Under the pieces are notes generated by a model. The model had not been told where the DNA came from and did not search any database. It worked only from the letters and a program-made list of their open reading frames with translations. Positions 1-10,851 of a stretch of 64,000 bases of DNA are shown here, in pieces (the stretch's first letter is position 1; each line of letters begins with the position of its first letter). Source of the DNA: a virus; IMG/VR virus record IMGVR_UViG_3300045256_000135, positions 96,001 through 160,000 of that record. One strand, given 5' to 3'. The position numbers and the translations under genes are program-made.

Positions 1-1512
1 ACCAGAGCGAAGACTGTTCGGATCCCTCTGGAGGGAAGTAAGATCGATCAAACAACGTCACTGGTCTCGGTTGGTAGTTCGACCGAGATACCAAATCTGA
101 GTTCATTCTTACCTGAATCGTCGATTACGTACAAGGACATCTTCTTCGAGGTACAGATCGCAACTCGAAACAATGGCTCTGACGCAACACATTCAGTGTC
201 GCTAGACGCAGAAGCAGCAACTGACTGGACTCTTATGCACACTGGTGGTAGCACATCAGGTGATGTTGGGTTCACAAAGTTCTTCTGGAAGCGAACTGAT
301 ATGACTACTTCTGCAACTCACGACTTTAAGGCAAAGTGTAGTCAGGCGAGCTCTGGTTATGAAGTCGCAGTCGTACTGGTGGTGACCTACACGTACGATC
401 ACTCATCATCGACCCGGATTCTGAATTCGATCATTGTACCGTTTGACATTCAGGGTTTTGGTATGCAGGAGATAACTGCACTAGCTAACGACCTTGTCTA
501 TGGATGTGAAGTTTGGGTTGAGGAACCAGGTACGATTACCTTACTGCAAAGCGCAGTAAGAATCAACGCTGGTTATCAACGCACTGACAATGCTGGAGAT
601 CAGCTTCGATTAAAGATCGGGTCACAGGTTGCGTATACGAATTACACTTCACCACTCCTAGCTGGATTTGTTACTGCTTGGGGTATAACTGCAACCCCGC
701 TACAGCAACGAGTTGATTCAGGTGCTGCATCAGGACAAGCTCTGACACTGGCCAGGGGAAGGAACCTACTCAACTTCAGCCTGTACGCGAATGGTACATT
801 CCTTTCGACGTACAATTTCATGGTTGTCACCTGCTCTGTTCTGTACCTGAACTACACATCTGACAAGCATGCTGGTGGTGACGGTATGCACAACCGAACC
901 ATTCAGTGGTTGGGGCAAGCCGACATCTACAACGGTGTCATAGTTCAGTCTTCTGTAGGCTTCACACCGTCTGAATCCAATTGGTGGAACAACGGTTTTA
1001 CGCCACTGTTTAAAGTGAACGAGTTCGACGGGATCGAGTTACGCTTTCAGATTTTGCCCGGGGAGGGCCTGGGTGATGGGTGGCGAACTGCCGCATCGTA
1101 TGTTCTACCCAACTGGGCTCCACGGTATGAGACTCAACAAGCAACAAATCGACTAGCTTGGGATCGATACACTAACGACGCAGATACTTCTAGAAGCAAC
1201 CCATTTTCAACGAGAAACTGGAGAATGTCGGGGTCTCCGGTTACGGGCATCTCGCTAGCTCTCTCGTTTTGGATCACGTATCATTCGATTACCTATACGG
1301 TGAGTGGGAATGCATCTGGATATACTGGTGGTGGATCAGGTATTACAATAGGTGTACATCGATCTGATACTGGTGAGCTTGTTGGTACTTCTACCACATC
1401 AGCTGGTGGTAACTATTCGTTTACCTGGTACGACAATGTGGTTGATGTATACGCTGAAGCTCAACAGGACGCTACGCACGTAGGTCGTAGTGCAAATAAC
1501 GACGGAGTGTGA
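1..1512 (+). CDS. 5'-truncated beta-rich virion protein (fibre/decoration-like)
   Basis: Frame 1 is open from base 1, so the gene starts upstream of the window. S/T/G-rich; C-terminus resembles a small beta-sandwich (YTVSG..G..I.VHR..TGELVG.STT...GNYSF). Confidence 0.6.
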   Translation, partial: TRAKTVRIPLEGSKIDQTTSLVSVGSSTEIPNLSSFLPESSITYKDIFFEVQIATRNNGSDATHSVSLDAEAATDWTLMHTGGSTSGDVGFTKFFWKRTDMTTSATHDFKAKCSQASSGYEVAVVLVVTYTYDHSSSTRILNSIIVPFDIQGFGMQEITALANDLVYGCEVWVEEPGTITLLQSAVRINAGYQRTDNAGDQLRLKIGSQVAYTNYTSPLLAGFVTAWGITATPLQQRVDSGAASGQALTLARGRNLLNFSLYANGTFLSTYNFMVVTCSVLYLNYTSDKHAGGDGMHNRTIQWLGQADIYNGVIVQSSVGFTPSESNWWNNGFTPLFKVNEFDGIELRFQILPGEGLGDGWRTAASYVLPNWAPRYETQQATNRLAWDRYTNDADTSRSNPFSTRNWRMSGSPVTGISLALSFWITYHSITYTVSGNASGYTGGGSGITIGVHRSDTGELVGTSTTSAGGNYSFTWYDNVVDVYAEAQQDATHVGRSANNDGV

Positions 1513-1513
1513 T

Positions 1514-1720
1514 ATGATTAAGCAACGTGTTCTCTTTTCTGGTGGGCCATTTGGTGGTGAGTTGGGTGACTGGGACGTGCCTCAAGGTATGACCACTTTG
1601 CCTAACAATCATGAGGATGTGCTTACTGCTGGTGATGGGCTCAAGTATCGATATCGGTTCATTGTAGATAACGCACACCCAGCTGGTGGCTATGCTATCT
1701 ATGTAGGAGCAGAGGGCTAA
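1514..1720 (+). CDS. small hypothetical protein (GGPFGG motif)
   Basis: ATG 1514 follows the previous stop with GGAG upstream; TAATG coupling to the next gene. Confidence 0.6.
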   Translation: MIKQRVLFSGGPFGGELGDWDVPQGMTTLPNNHEDVLTAGDGLKYRYRFIVDNAHPAGGYAIYVGAEG

Positions 1721-2007
1721 TGGGCACACAGGGAAGCACTGTCATTGACTTTGGAGCTTTCCCAAGCTACGACGCAACCGTTGTTATCACGGGGCAAGGT
1801 GCGATTTCTGGAGGGTCCCTTGTCGAAGCTTGGATTGATCCAACCCAAGGTGCAACGACAGACCATACCGTTGATGAACATGTCGTTGAAGGAATCCAGG
1901 TGACATGCACTAATATTGTTCCTGGAGTTGGATTTACAATTCGAGCTGTCTTGTTAGGTTACGGTCCAACCTATGGGCAATATCGAGTGTCCTGGGTTTG
2001 GAACTAA
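1720..2007 (+). CDS. small beta-rich virion protein
   Basis: 95 aa; AGGAG upstream; coupled to the previous gene; lies in the structural operon. Confidence 0.6.
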   Translation: MGTQGSTVIDFGAFPSYDATVVITGQGAISGGSLVEAWIDPTQGATTDHTVDEHVVEGIQVTCTNIVPGVGFTIRAVLLGYGPTYGQYRVSWVWN

Positions 2008-2016
2008 GGAGCTACA

Positions 2017-3462
2017 ATGGGAATCACACTTGTTGACGGGCAGGGTGGAGCGAACTTAGCGAGGGTTGATAGCAACGGTTCGGTACAGACCCGCCTGTTC
2101 GGTGCAAATAGCCCCTTGGCTTTGCTCAATTCGAGTACAGCTGACCCAACCACAACCTATGGTTTGCCCATTATGGGCACTGACCATAGAGTTGCGAGAT
2201 TGGTTAGAGCAGACTCAGATCAATCGCTACGCGTTAATACTGCTACGACTCTGTACCTCTATGATGAGGCGGAAGGTGCAGCAGTAGACACCAACAAGTG
2301 GATTCAGTCTACCACTACCCAGACAATCACACAAGCAGGCGGAGTAATCACACTGAATGCTGGTAGCTCTGTGGCAACGACCACAGGGTCTATGCACACT
2401 TCGCATAAGCAGTTCCCTTATGTGAAGAAGGGCGGATTGATTTTTAGGGTTAGAGCTAGACCTACAGCACATTTTGCTAACAATCAACACCAGCTCGGGT
2501 TTGGTACGGCTACCTCGGTTACTGCTATAGCAGTAACAAACGGGGCTTTCTGGCGTAAGGATGGCACTGGACAATATGTACCAGTCCTATCCATCGGTGG
2601 GTCAGAGTTTCTTGGGAACGCTATCTCAGACGCAACTTTCAGAGCCTCAATACCGACCACGGATTACTGCATCTTCGAGATAGTATTAGAGCAGACAAGA
2701 GCCACGTTTAGGATTTTGCTTAGTGCTGGTACGTTGCTCAATGAGCAGATTATCGAATTCCCTGCGTCTGCTACAGTTCTGCAAGTAACTCACCTACCCG
2801 TATTTTATCAAAATGTTAATACAGGTGCTACTGGTACAGCTGTACAACTTCTGATCGACGGCGTTAGCGTTTGGGGTACTGATGGTTTTGTTGGACGCCC
2901 ATGGTCGCACGCCATGGCTGGTATGAACTATGGTGCCGTAACTAGCCCCACAGCTTATACCCAGTTGTCTAACTATGCGAACTCAGCAGCACCAACCTCG
3001 GCAACACTCTCGAACACTGCTGCTGGTTACTCCACTTTTGGTGGTCAGTGGCAATTTGCAGCAGTAGCCGGTGCAGAAACAGATTATGCATTGTTCGGTG
3101 TAGCTGTCCCAGCACCCTACGATCTGTATGTTACTGGCATCCAGATTGCAACGTGGAACATGGGTGCTGCAGTAGCTACAACACCAACCCTGTTGGCATG
3201 GTCACTAGCAATTAACTCTTCAGCGGTGTCGCTAGCTACCGGTGCTCCTTACACGCCAATGAGAGTGAATCTTGGCTCACAATCGCTCCCAGTTGGTGCG
3301 GCGATTGGTGCGAACGTACCTGACATCGTTAGAACTTTCCAGACACCACTTCACGTATTTCAGAGCAGATTCCTACACGTAATTCTGAAGATGCCTGTTG
3401 GCACAGCTACCGCTTCGCAAATCGTTCGTGGTACTGTGTCAATCGACGGCTACTTCGAATGA
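2017..3462 (+). CDS. beta-rich virion protein (possible lectin/jelly-roll-like fibre or decoration)
   Basis: 481 aa; AAGGAG SD; A/T/G-rich beta composition; structural context. Confidence 0.55.
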   Translation: MGITLVDGQGGANLARVDSNGSVQTRLFGANSPLALLNSSTADPTTTYGLPIMGTDHRVARLVRADSDQSLRVNTATTLYLYDEAEGAAVDTNKWIQSTTTQTITQAGGVITLNAGSSVATTTGSMHTSHKQFPYVKKGGLIFRVRARPTAHFANNQHQLGFGTATSVTAIAVTNGAFWRKDGTGQYVPVLSIGGSEFLGNAISDATFRASIPTTDYCIFEIVLEQTRATFRILLSAGTLLNEQIIEFPASATVLQVTHLPVFYQNVNTGATGTAVQLLIDGVSVWGTDGFVGRPWSHAMAGMNYGAVTSPTAYTQLSNYANSAAPTSATLSNTAAGYSTFGGQWQFAAVAGAETDYALFGVAVPAPYDLYVTGIQIATWNMGAAVATTPTLLAWSLAINSSAVSLATGAPYTPMRVNLGSQSLPVGAAIGANVPDIVRTFQTPLHVFQSRFLHVILKMPVGTATASQIVRGTVSIDGYFE

Positions 3463-3482
3463 TCTAGCGAGCGGGGTGAACT

Positions 3483-5519
3483 ATGTCACTCCTACTCGCC
3501 CAACCTAGTTCCAAGTTCTTTGACATTGTTGTCAGTGATACTGTCAGTATCACTGAAGACACTGGTGTTGTTCTTAATGGCAAGTTCAACCTGGTTCTCA
3601 GAGACCCAGGCGTTGCCTTTAATTTGGTACTGTCTCAGGGTACGGGGTCCCTGATTGATGTAACTGTATCTGACACAGTAACAGTTACAGATGCCGTAGT
3701 TCGCGAGGGCTTCTTCGACAGATCCCTTGCGGATAGTGCTTCTGTCACCGACTCAACCACGACCAATGTTGACTACAGCAGAGCTGGTAGTGATTCTGTT
3801 ACAGTTACTGATGTTGTAACGGCTGGTAGTGAGTTCGCTAGATCAGTTTCCGATACGATCAGCGTAACCGACTCGACATCCATCAACCTTGAGTATGGTC
3901 GTTCGATTTCCGATACGGTTACCGTAACTGACTCAACTACACTTTCAACCGAATACGCCAGATCAGTTTCTGATACAGTCACAGTCACTGACTCGATCAC
4001 TGTTGGTATTGAGTACAGCAAGTCTGTCTCGGACACAATCAGCGTAACTGACTCTACCACTGTTGGTGTTGAGTATGGTCGTTCAGTTGCTGATACAGTT
4101 ACTGTTTCAGATTCAACCGCGCTTAGCATTGACTATGGTAGAAATGTCCCCGACTCGGCCTCTACCACAGACTCAGTAGCAACAAGCTCAGACTATTCTA
4201 GAACTGCGTCTGATTCAATCAGCGTCACTGATTCAGTAGTAGTAGAAAAAGCACTGGACGTGTCGGTCTCGGACACAGTCAGTGTCACTGATTCGACATC
4301 GAGCACAGTTGAGTTTGGCCGAGTTCTTTCGGATAACGTTACGGTTACAGAAGCAACCGTTCGCGAACTCTTTGCCGATCGCTCGGGATCCGACACGATT
4401 TCGGTTACAGATTCTACGTCTGTAACCCGTGAAGTTTCAGCTAATGTCTCAGATACCATTGTAGTCACTGACTCAGCTACGACATCGGCTGAGTATGGCA
4501 GAGCACTTTCGGATTCAGTCACTGTAGCAGATCAAACCACCACCTCAGCTGATTACAGTAGAGTTGCCACAGATTCTGTGGCTGTTACAGATTCCGTAAC
4601 AGTTGATCTGATTCGGCAGATTGAGGTTTTAGTATCAGACACAATTAGCGTCTCTGATACGACCACTACTACAACAGAGCACAACCGCAGCCTCTCGGAT
4701 ACGGTTAGCGTATCTGATCAGGTGGTTAGATCGGCCGAATTTGGCCGTAGTGTAAGTGACTCTGTAGCTGTCACAGATTCTACGAGTGCTGCCAGAGAAG
4801 TTGGACCTACGCTATCAGATGTCGTCACTGTCTCTGATACTCTTACTACTTCGGTTGACTACCTTCGTTCTACGTCAGACTCTATTAGCGTAACAGATCA
4901 AGTAGCGGTTCAGACGAGTACAATCTTCTCTCTGAACCTGTCCGACACAATTAGTATCACAGATCAAGTAACAGTTCAGCTATACAAGCTGCTTAATGTC
5001 TCTGTCAATGACAACGTCGTTGTAACAGACTCTGTTAATACAGAGGTCACCAAGGCACTATCTGATTCGATCGTAATTAGTGATAGTCTAGACATACTGC
5101 TGTATCGAAGAATCGACATTCAGTTGTCGGATTCTGTTGTCGTTACAGACCAGGTATCGTTTGGCAATGATGTTATTGCCAATGACAACATTTCTGTAAC
5201 TGATTCTACAGTAGCAGAGCTACTAGCAGACAGAAGTGTTGCTGACACTATAAATGTCACTGACAGCGTCCAAGTAACTGGTGACAGAGACGTACGTCTC
5301 CTTGATTCGATTGATGTAACGGATCTAGTCGTTGTAGAGATGGCGTTCAACGTCATCCTCAGCGATTTGATAGCTATCAACGATAATATCAGTCTTGGGT
5401 ATGATCTTATCCCGCCAACCTACCCAGACACAGATAAACGACTTCTTTCTGAGAACTTCAGAGGTGGTTTCACCACTAGTACTGATACACCCCTAGTGAA
5501 TGTTAGGACGCGACGCTAA
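3483..5519 (+). CDS. 20-aa tandem-repeat fibre-like virion protein
   Basis: 678 aa; about 28 copies of xSD(T/S)(V/I)(T/S)V(T/S)DSxxxxxEYxRS. Confidence 0.75.
   Translation: MSLLLAQPSSKFFDIVVSDTVSITEDTGVVLNGKFNLVLRDPGVAFNLVLSQGTGSLIDVTVSDTVTVTDAVVREGFFDRSLADSASVTDSTTTNVDYSRAGSDSVTVTDVVTAGSEFARSVSDTISVTDSTSINLEYGRSISDTVTVTDSTTLSTEYARSVSDTVTVTDSITVGIEYSKSVSDTISVTDSTTVGVEYGRSVADTVTVSDSTALSIDYGRNVPDSASTTDSVATSSDYSRTASDSISVTDSVVVEKALDVSVSDTVSVTDSTSSTVEFGRVLSDNVTVTEATVRELFADRSGSDTISVTDSTSVTREVSANVSDTIVVTDSATTSAEYGRALSDSVTVADQTTTSADYSRVATDSVAVTDSVTVDLIRQIEVLVSDTISVSDTTTTTTEHNRSLSDTVSVSDQVVRSAEFGRSVSDSVAVTDSTSAAREVGPTLSDVVTVSDTLTTSVDYLRSTSDSISVTDQVAVQTSTIFSLNLSDTISITDQVTVQLYKLLNVSVNDNVVVTDSVNTEVTKALSDSIVISDSLDILLYRRIDIQLSDSVVVTDQVSFGNDVIANDNISVTDSTVAELLADRSVADTINVTDSVQVTGDRDVRLLDSIDVTDLVVVEMAFNVILSDLIAINDNISLGYDLIPPTYPDTDKRLLSENFRGGFTTSTDTPLVNVRTRR
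3667..5400 (+). repeat. degenerate 60-bp period coding tandem repeat
   Basis: Successive 60-nt lines align (e.g. 3841, 3901, 3961, 4021, 4081); synonymous positions have diverged. Confidence 0.85.
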
Positions 5520-6547
5520 TGCCACAACGTAGAACATTGGTTGGCTACTGGGGACGAGATCTCCGTCAAAGAGTCAAGGCAGAGATGACTCTGGAGAAGA
5601 CTCGTACCTTGCTTCAAGACCAACTTCTTGGCGGCGGCATTAGAGCTGCACTATGGCAAAATGTGTGGGATGTTCGTTTTGGTGCTCCAACCATCGCTGG
5701 AACACTTCCATGCAGCTGTGTTACAGCTACTAATCAGCACGCTGATCGAAGATGCAATAGCTGCTATGGGATCAATTTTCAGCCAGGTTACACCAAGTTT
5801 GGGTTTGAAACCATCTGGTTTTCGAGTATTTCGCCTAATCTAACGTTGACTAACGTATATCTGAACGACATCCTCAAGCCAAACCGACTTGAATTGACTC
5901 AAACGGCTACCCACGGCTACATTGTCACCCCAGACATACCTTATGTGCGTTCGGTAACAAACTTGCCGTGGGAGTACAAGGTTGACTACATCACCAAGAG
6001 TGCTAGCAGCGCAGTTCAGGTGGCTTGGTCAGTGGACCAAGGAGCTACGTGGCAACCAATTGAGCAACTAGCTGGGTTCAACCCAATCTCTGGCAAGATC
6101 CGCTTCAAAGTCTCGCTTACTCGAACGAATGTGTCCATTCCTTCACCTAGTTTTGAGATTCTGAGAGCGCGATTCCCTCGAGTTGGTGTTACCGGACGAT
6201 TGGGACCCTGGATTTTGGTGCTCAAGTCGATCAGTCCAGATAAGCTTAGCGAGGACCTACGAGGGATTACGATCGACTCACAATCGAACAACTTCTGGAC
6301 AGCTCCGTTGTCGTTCTTTGACTGTGGGATTCCAGATCAGCTCGGAGTTGGTGGTGAGTTCAACCCAGGCAATCTAATCGCTGACCAAGCCTTCATTGAG
6401 TTCATGGACGGTGTTAGACAGGGTCCAGTCGACCAGAGGTGGAGCTTGGTCAACAACACCTACTCTGAACCGTTTGCTTACATGACCCGTCAGTACTTCT
6501 CAGCGAGATTGCAACAAGAGCGAGAGTACACCTCCTTGGTGTGGTGA
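5519..6547 (+). CDS. putative neck / head-tail connector protein with Cys cluster
   Basis: CxC-x9-RCxxCxG motif; lies upstream of the terminator and sheath genes. Confidence 0.5.
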   Translation: MPQRRTLVGYWGRDLRQRVKAEMTLEKTRTLLQDQLLGGGIRAALWQNVWDVRFGAPTIAGTLPCSCVTATNQHADRRCNSCYGINFQPGYTKFGFETIWFSSISPNLTLTNVYLNDILKPNRLELTQTATHGYIVTPDIPYVRSVTNLPWEYKVDYITKSASSAVQVAWSVDQGATWQPIEQLAGFNPISGKIRFKVSLTRTNVSIPSPSFEILRARFPRVGVTGRLGPWILVLKSISPDKLSEDLRGITIDSQSNNFWTAPLSFFDCGIPDQLGVGGEFNPGNLIADQAFIEFMDGVRQGPVDQRWSLVNNTYSEPFAYMTRQYFSARLQQEREYTSLVW

Positions 6548-7092
6548 TGAAAATCTCTGTCAGAATCAACAAGAGCAACGAGAAGGCTAAGCGGAAGCTC
6601 GAGAACCCAGAGTTCCGGAAGGCCTACATGGAGAAGATTCTGCAGGAAGTAGCACTTCAGGCACCCATGTACATCACCAGGTGGATCAAAGAGCACAACC
6701 CGTTTGTTAGTCGAACTGGTTCAGCTGCAAACAAGTGGTCTGCCAAGGTTGAAGGATCAAAGGTACGCGTAGGGTCACTAATGCCCTACGTTCAATGGTT
6801 GAACGACGGTGTCAGACCACACCAAATGACGTATCTGTTGAATTCAAAGCTTAAGCAACAGATTGCGTTTGGCAAATACCCGTATTTGGGCCGGCCAGCA
6901 GTTCCAATCAAGACGTCCTTTGGTACCGCGTTCCGAGTTCCGACAGAGAAAGCGATGGCTCAAGGCAAATGGAAGCACCCCGGCAGGAAGCCGACTAGGT
7001 TCTTTGAACAATCACTAGAGATGCTGATCAAAGATCTGCAAGAGGCGCATCCTGAGCTAACCTTCAAGATGGAGTTGACTGATGCCCATTGA
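6547..7092 (+). CDS. putative HK97-gp10-like neck/tail component
   Basis: Basic; PFVSRTG, PYVQWLNDG.RPH and HPG.KP.RFFE motifs typical of this family; position. Confidence 0.6.
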   Translation: MKISVRINKSNEKAKRKLENPEFRKAYMEKILQEVALQAPMYITRWIKEHNPFVSRTGSAANKWSAKVEGSKVRVGSLMPYVQWLNDGVRPHQMTYLLNSKLKQQIAFGKYPYLGRPAVPIKTSFGTAFRVPTEKAMAQGKWKHPGRKPTRFFEQSLEMLIKDLQEAHPELTFKMELTDAH

Positions 7093-8266
7093 TGACTTGT
7101 CTCTGCGGAGAAACATTCCCACACTGCCACTGGACCCAAAAGACCCAGGCAGATTCTCTCAACTGACCGAAGTAGCGAAGAACGCATTCGTAACGGAGTT
7201 GCAGCGCTACTTTGACTACAACCAGCCTTACTTCAATCTTCGCAAGATGGAGACTCCGACAATCGAGAAGTACAACCTGGGGTTTTCCGAGTTCGAATCG
7301 CCAATTGAGACGTGGGTGAAGATCATCAGACAGCATCCAGACACACTTGAGCACATGCCACTGGTTGCAGTCACGACGTCTCCAGGTAGCAATCTAAAGT
7401 TGGGGTTCAATACGCAGTTTGTTTCAGCTGTGCAAATGCCTGCTAGAGTTCGAGCAACCAAGACCGGACCCTACGCTTTAGTTGATGGCGACAAGATTGC
7501 GTTCAGAACAACACCGAACAACGTTCCGACAGTATCCACGGTGTTGTTCAAGTCCCAGCTATTCTCGAACATCGGGCAAGCAACAATCGAGGAAGTTCTA
7601 GCAGCTCTGAAAGCTCAGGTTTTGTACGTATCAGCTGACGTACCAAAGTACACATCTCCAACTGATGTCTTACGTGTGTTTGCAATCGGTGTACTGGCAC
7701 AAGCCTACCCAAACTCAATCACGGTACTCGGGCCACCCTATAGCACACAAAACGCTCTTGATCAGCTTGGGTTCGTAGCTGGGCAATCAGATCTCAGCAC
7801 TAGTCGGCCACCAGCAAATCGATACCAACAAGCTGCGAATCTTACCATTGGCATTGACATCGGAGCAGAATCAGAGAACACCAGAACTGAAATCACAGAT
7901 CTGTTGAACAACTGGCTGTCTTTGGTGATGGATGAGCGTGACTTTACGTTCTATGGTAGAACTGTCTTTGACGACGAGTTTCGACAAAGTGATGGGAGCT
8001 CCGAGAACTATCAAGTAGTGATGCTAGATCGACATTCGCTAGCTGGTGAAAGCGAAGTACCACGACAAGGTGGATCTGGCGAAGCGAAAGATTTGATCTA
8101 CGTGAATCGAATCTCGATTCCGATCACGATCCTGGATTACGTCGATAGATCTGTTGTTTCCGCGCCGCAATATCTTGATCAAGCAACGATTAAGAACAGT
8201 CCGTCGGATTCGGATGGTCTGCCAGCTGGGGACTACGTGAATAGTGGTGAGTCATCGAAACCGTGA
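7082..8266 (+). CDS. putative tail terminator/completion protein with inserted domain
   Basis: Directly upstream of the sheath; P.VAV N-part and I.IDI.AES...R..ITD C-part flank an insertion. Confidence 0.5.
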   Translation: MPIDDLSLRRNIPTLPLDPKDPGRFSQLTEVAKNAFVTELQRYFDYNQPYFNLRKMETPTIEKYNLGFSEFESPIETWVKIIRQHPDTLEHMPLVAVTTSPGSNLKLGFNTQFVSAVQMPARVRATKTGPYALVDGDKIAFRTTPNNVPTVSTVLFKSQLFSNIGQATIEEVLAALKAQVLYVSADVPKYTSPTDVLRVFAIGVLAQAYPNSITVLGPPYSTQNALDQLGFVAGQSDLSTSRPPANRYQQAANLTIGIDIGAESENTRTEITDLLNNWLSLVMDERDFTFYGRTVFDDEFRQSDGSSENYQVVMLDRHSLAGESEVPRQGGSGEAKDLIYVNRISIPITILDYVDRSVVSAPQYLDQATIKNSPSDSDGLPAGDYVNSGESSKP

Positions 8267-8299
8267 GCGTATTAGAACTCGTTGTACGTTTACATAGAA

Positions 8300-8332
8300 T
8301 CTGAGAGTCTAGAGACTTGCTCTACTCTCAGA
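8300..8332 (+). promoter_or_regulatory. hairpin abutting the sheath-gene SD
   Basis: TCTGAGAG-tc-TAGAG-acttg-CTCTA-CTCTCAGA; the stem overlaps the start of GAGGA (8331-8335). Confidence 0.5.
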
Positions 8333-8341
8333 GGATGACCC

Positions 8342-10786
8342 ATGCCCGTAGCTAGCAACGTGTACCTGGATCCCGGGGTATACCAAGAGGAAGTGATTAA
8401 CCCCAATGCCCTTGCACTTGGGCAGCTGGTTTCACTTCTGGCGGTAGTTGGCATTGCGCCGAGACTTCGCTATGTATACAACGAAGCGGTCCGTCGTGGT
8501 CAAGTGGCAAATGAGTCTGTTACCTTTGCGGGTAGCTCACCTCACACAGCTACGACGATTAACATCGCTACTAGAAAGCAGGATGACACAGTTCTGATTC
8601 GCAACGGAACTGATGTGATGCCGGATAACTCGTATCAGTGGCTACCCGCCACTGTTACGGGAATCAATGGCACATTCAACATTGCTGCCAACTCGTTCTT
8701 GACCATGAACATGGACAAGAAGGGTTGGATCTCGATCCCGATCACTGCTGGAGCTGCTCGAACAGCAGCGCAGGTATGCACTGACATCAATTCAGCTTTG
8801 GCTGCAAGCCCTCTGTATGGTGTTGCATACAACAACGTGGCGACTGTCTCTGGCTCGGCAGTTAAGCTGTTGTCTCCGAACAGTGCTTCACCGCAACTAA
8901 GCGATATTCGGTTCATTGCAACCCCCACTGATACTCCCACGTATGGAGCTGATGCTAAAGTCATCATCTTTGGTGGCTCCAACCCGTTCATTGCTCAGTC
9001 AACGCTCCAACTGTTTGATGCGTTCTGGACTGGCACAGATACGTTCACTATCAGCTACGTAGCGGTTGACACGCTACTCGATGCGTTAGCCAACACGAAC
9101 GTTCAAGAGATCAACCGTGTTGGTATGTTCGCGAACGTAACGAGTTTCCAGAATCTGGTTGATTACACACTGAACAGCAACTCAGTGGACTGGACTCTGA
9201 ATACGAGTGCGACACTCACTGGTCTGAACGGTACATTCAACATCACCGCTGGTAACAACATTCTGCGGTGTTCGTTCAACGGCCTGGGTGTAGTTAACGT
9301 CACCCTACCAATTGGTGCAGCGATTACTGCAGCTCAGATCGCAACTGCGATTAACCAAGCGCTAATTGCTAGCAGCTTGTACGGCCCACTGTATGGTGCA
9401 GTGGCTTCAGTATCAGGTTCAGCTGTTGCTCTGACACTTCCAAGTCCGTTTAAGGACATGCCAGTTGCTCAGGGTACAAACAGCACCATCGAGTTCTATG
9501 CTGTTGCGGCCAACGCTGTAACCACGGTCTTTGGCATCTCGACACTAAGTCTGCCATTCCAAGCAAATGGTTCTGCCGACCAGCCTGTGGTTGGAGCTAC
9601 CTACTTCGTGTCATACGACTATACGAGACCAGCGACGGACTACAACTCGTCGGATCCAACCACGCACCTGTTCTACAACTCCGACGATGCTCTGGCGTAT
9701 ACCGGACCTCTGACGAAGACCAACGCGGCTCAAAATACTCTTGGCATTGCTGCCAAGATTGCGTTTGAGAACAATGCTCAGCGATTGCTTCTCATCCAGG
9801 CTAATGACTCAACCACGCCTGGGTTCCCTACAATCAATCAGATGAAAGCAGCTATTGACTCAGCTGCAAACAATTCTGGGATCACGGAGCTAGTGGTACT
9901 AGACACCAGACTTGGTGTACAGACCTATCTAGTAACTCACGTTACTAACCAAAGCTCGATCACAGAGAAGAACTACCGCAGAGGTTGGTTTGGCATGGCG
10001 CGGAACACCCCAGTTGGTGATAAGGACACCGCTGGGTCGTTTGTGTATACTGCTCAGAGAACTCTGCAGGTAACACCAGACTCACCCGGTCGCGGAAGAA
10101 TGTTACTTTCAGCGCCATCGAACGTGTCGAAGACAATCACTCTGAGTGATGGCTCAGAGAAGACAATCGCTCTCGATTCAACCTATCTCGCCGTAGCTAC
10201 TGCTGCTACAATGACTTCGTTTATCTCTCCAGCCACCGCTCTGTTGAGAAAGACGATAGTTGGCTTTGATCTTGATACATTCCAACTGTATCAGAAGGGT
10301 GAGCGCAAGACTCTCGCTGCAAGCGGTGTAAACGTCATCACTCCACTTGGAGGGAGACTAGTTCTGACAGATCCGGTTACCACTGAACAGGGAGCTGGTG
10401 GTCTGCCAGAGTTCATCGAGCCATCAGCAGGTGCTCAGAAGGACAATGCGGTTCGGGCGATTGACTCAGCATTGGATGCGAACATGGTGGGTCTGGTCCC
10501 ATCAGACCTAGCAGACTTCGTGAATGATATCAAGGGCTTTATCGCAGTTGCGATTAGAGCTCTGATCGAAGCTGGGTCCCTGGGGCGCTACACTGATCGA
10601 AACGGTCGGACTAGAGACATTGACCTCGCCACCGACATTCAAGTGTATCAGTCACCAACTGATCCAACCAAGTTCTTCTTCCGGTACTGGTTCAACATCC
10701 GCTACCCAGCCAAGCGTCTAATGGGTCAGTACTCGGTTGACAACCCGTTCGTTAACAACAACCAGAACTCAATCCAGACATCGTAA
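8342..10786 (+). CDS. contractile tail sheath protein
   Basis: N-terminal YLDPGVYQEE, typical of sheath PGVY motifs; C-terminal sheath domain (GVNVI...D.VTT; F.YWF..RYP.K); followed by the tube gene. Confidence 0.9.
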   Translation: MPVASNVYLDPGVYQEEVINPNALALGQLVSLLAVVGIAPRLRYVYNEAVRRGQVANESVTFAGSSPHTATTINIATRKQDDTVLIRNGTDVMPDNSYQWLPATVTGINGTFNIAANSFLTMNMDKKGWISIPITAGAARTAAQVCTDINSALAASPLYGVAYNNVATVSGSAVKLLSPNSASPQLSDIRFIATPTDTPTYGADAKVIIFGGSNPFIAQSTLQLFDAFWTGTDTFTISYVAVDTLLDALANTNVQEINRVGMFANVTSFQNLVDYTLNSNSVDWTLNTSATLTGLNGTFNITAGNNILRCSFNGLGVVNVTLPIGAAITAAQIATAINQALIASSLYGPLYGAVASVSGSAVALTLPSPFKDMPVAQGTNSTIEFYAVAANAVTTVFGISTLSLPFQANGSADQPVVGATYFVSYDYTRPATDYNSSDPTTHLFYNSDDALAYTGPLTKTNAAQNTLGIAAKIAFENNAQRLLLIQANDSTTPGFPTINQMKAAIDSAANNSGITELVVLDTRLGVQTYLVTHVTNQSSITEKNYRRGWFGMARNTPVGDKDTAGSFVYTAQRTLQVTPDSPGRGRMLLSAPSNVSKTITLSDGSEKTIALDSTYLAVATAATMTSFISPATALLRKTIVGFDLDTFQLYQKGERKTLAASGVNVITPLGGRLVLTDPVTTEQGAGGLPEFIEPSAGAQKDNAVRAIDSALDANMVGLVPSDLADFVNDIKGFIAVAIRALIEAGSLGRYTDRNGRTRDIDLATDIQVYQSPTDPTKFFFRYWFNIRYPAKRLMGQYSVDNPFVNNNQNSIQTS

Positions 10787-10851
10787 TCGAACTGGAAATT
10801 GCAAGCTAGACACCCTTGAGTGGGTTGACGCCCGAGAGCCAGGAATGACAG

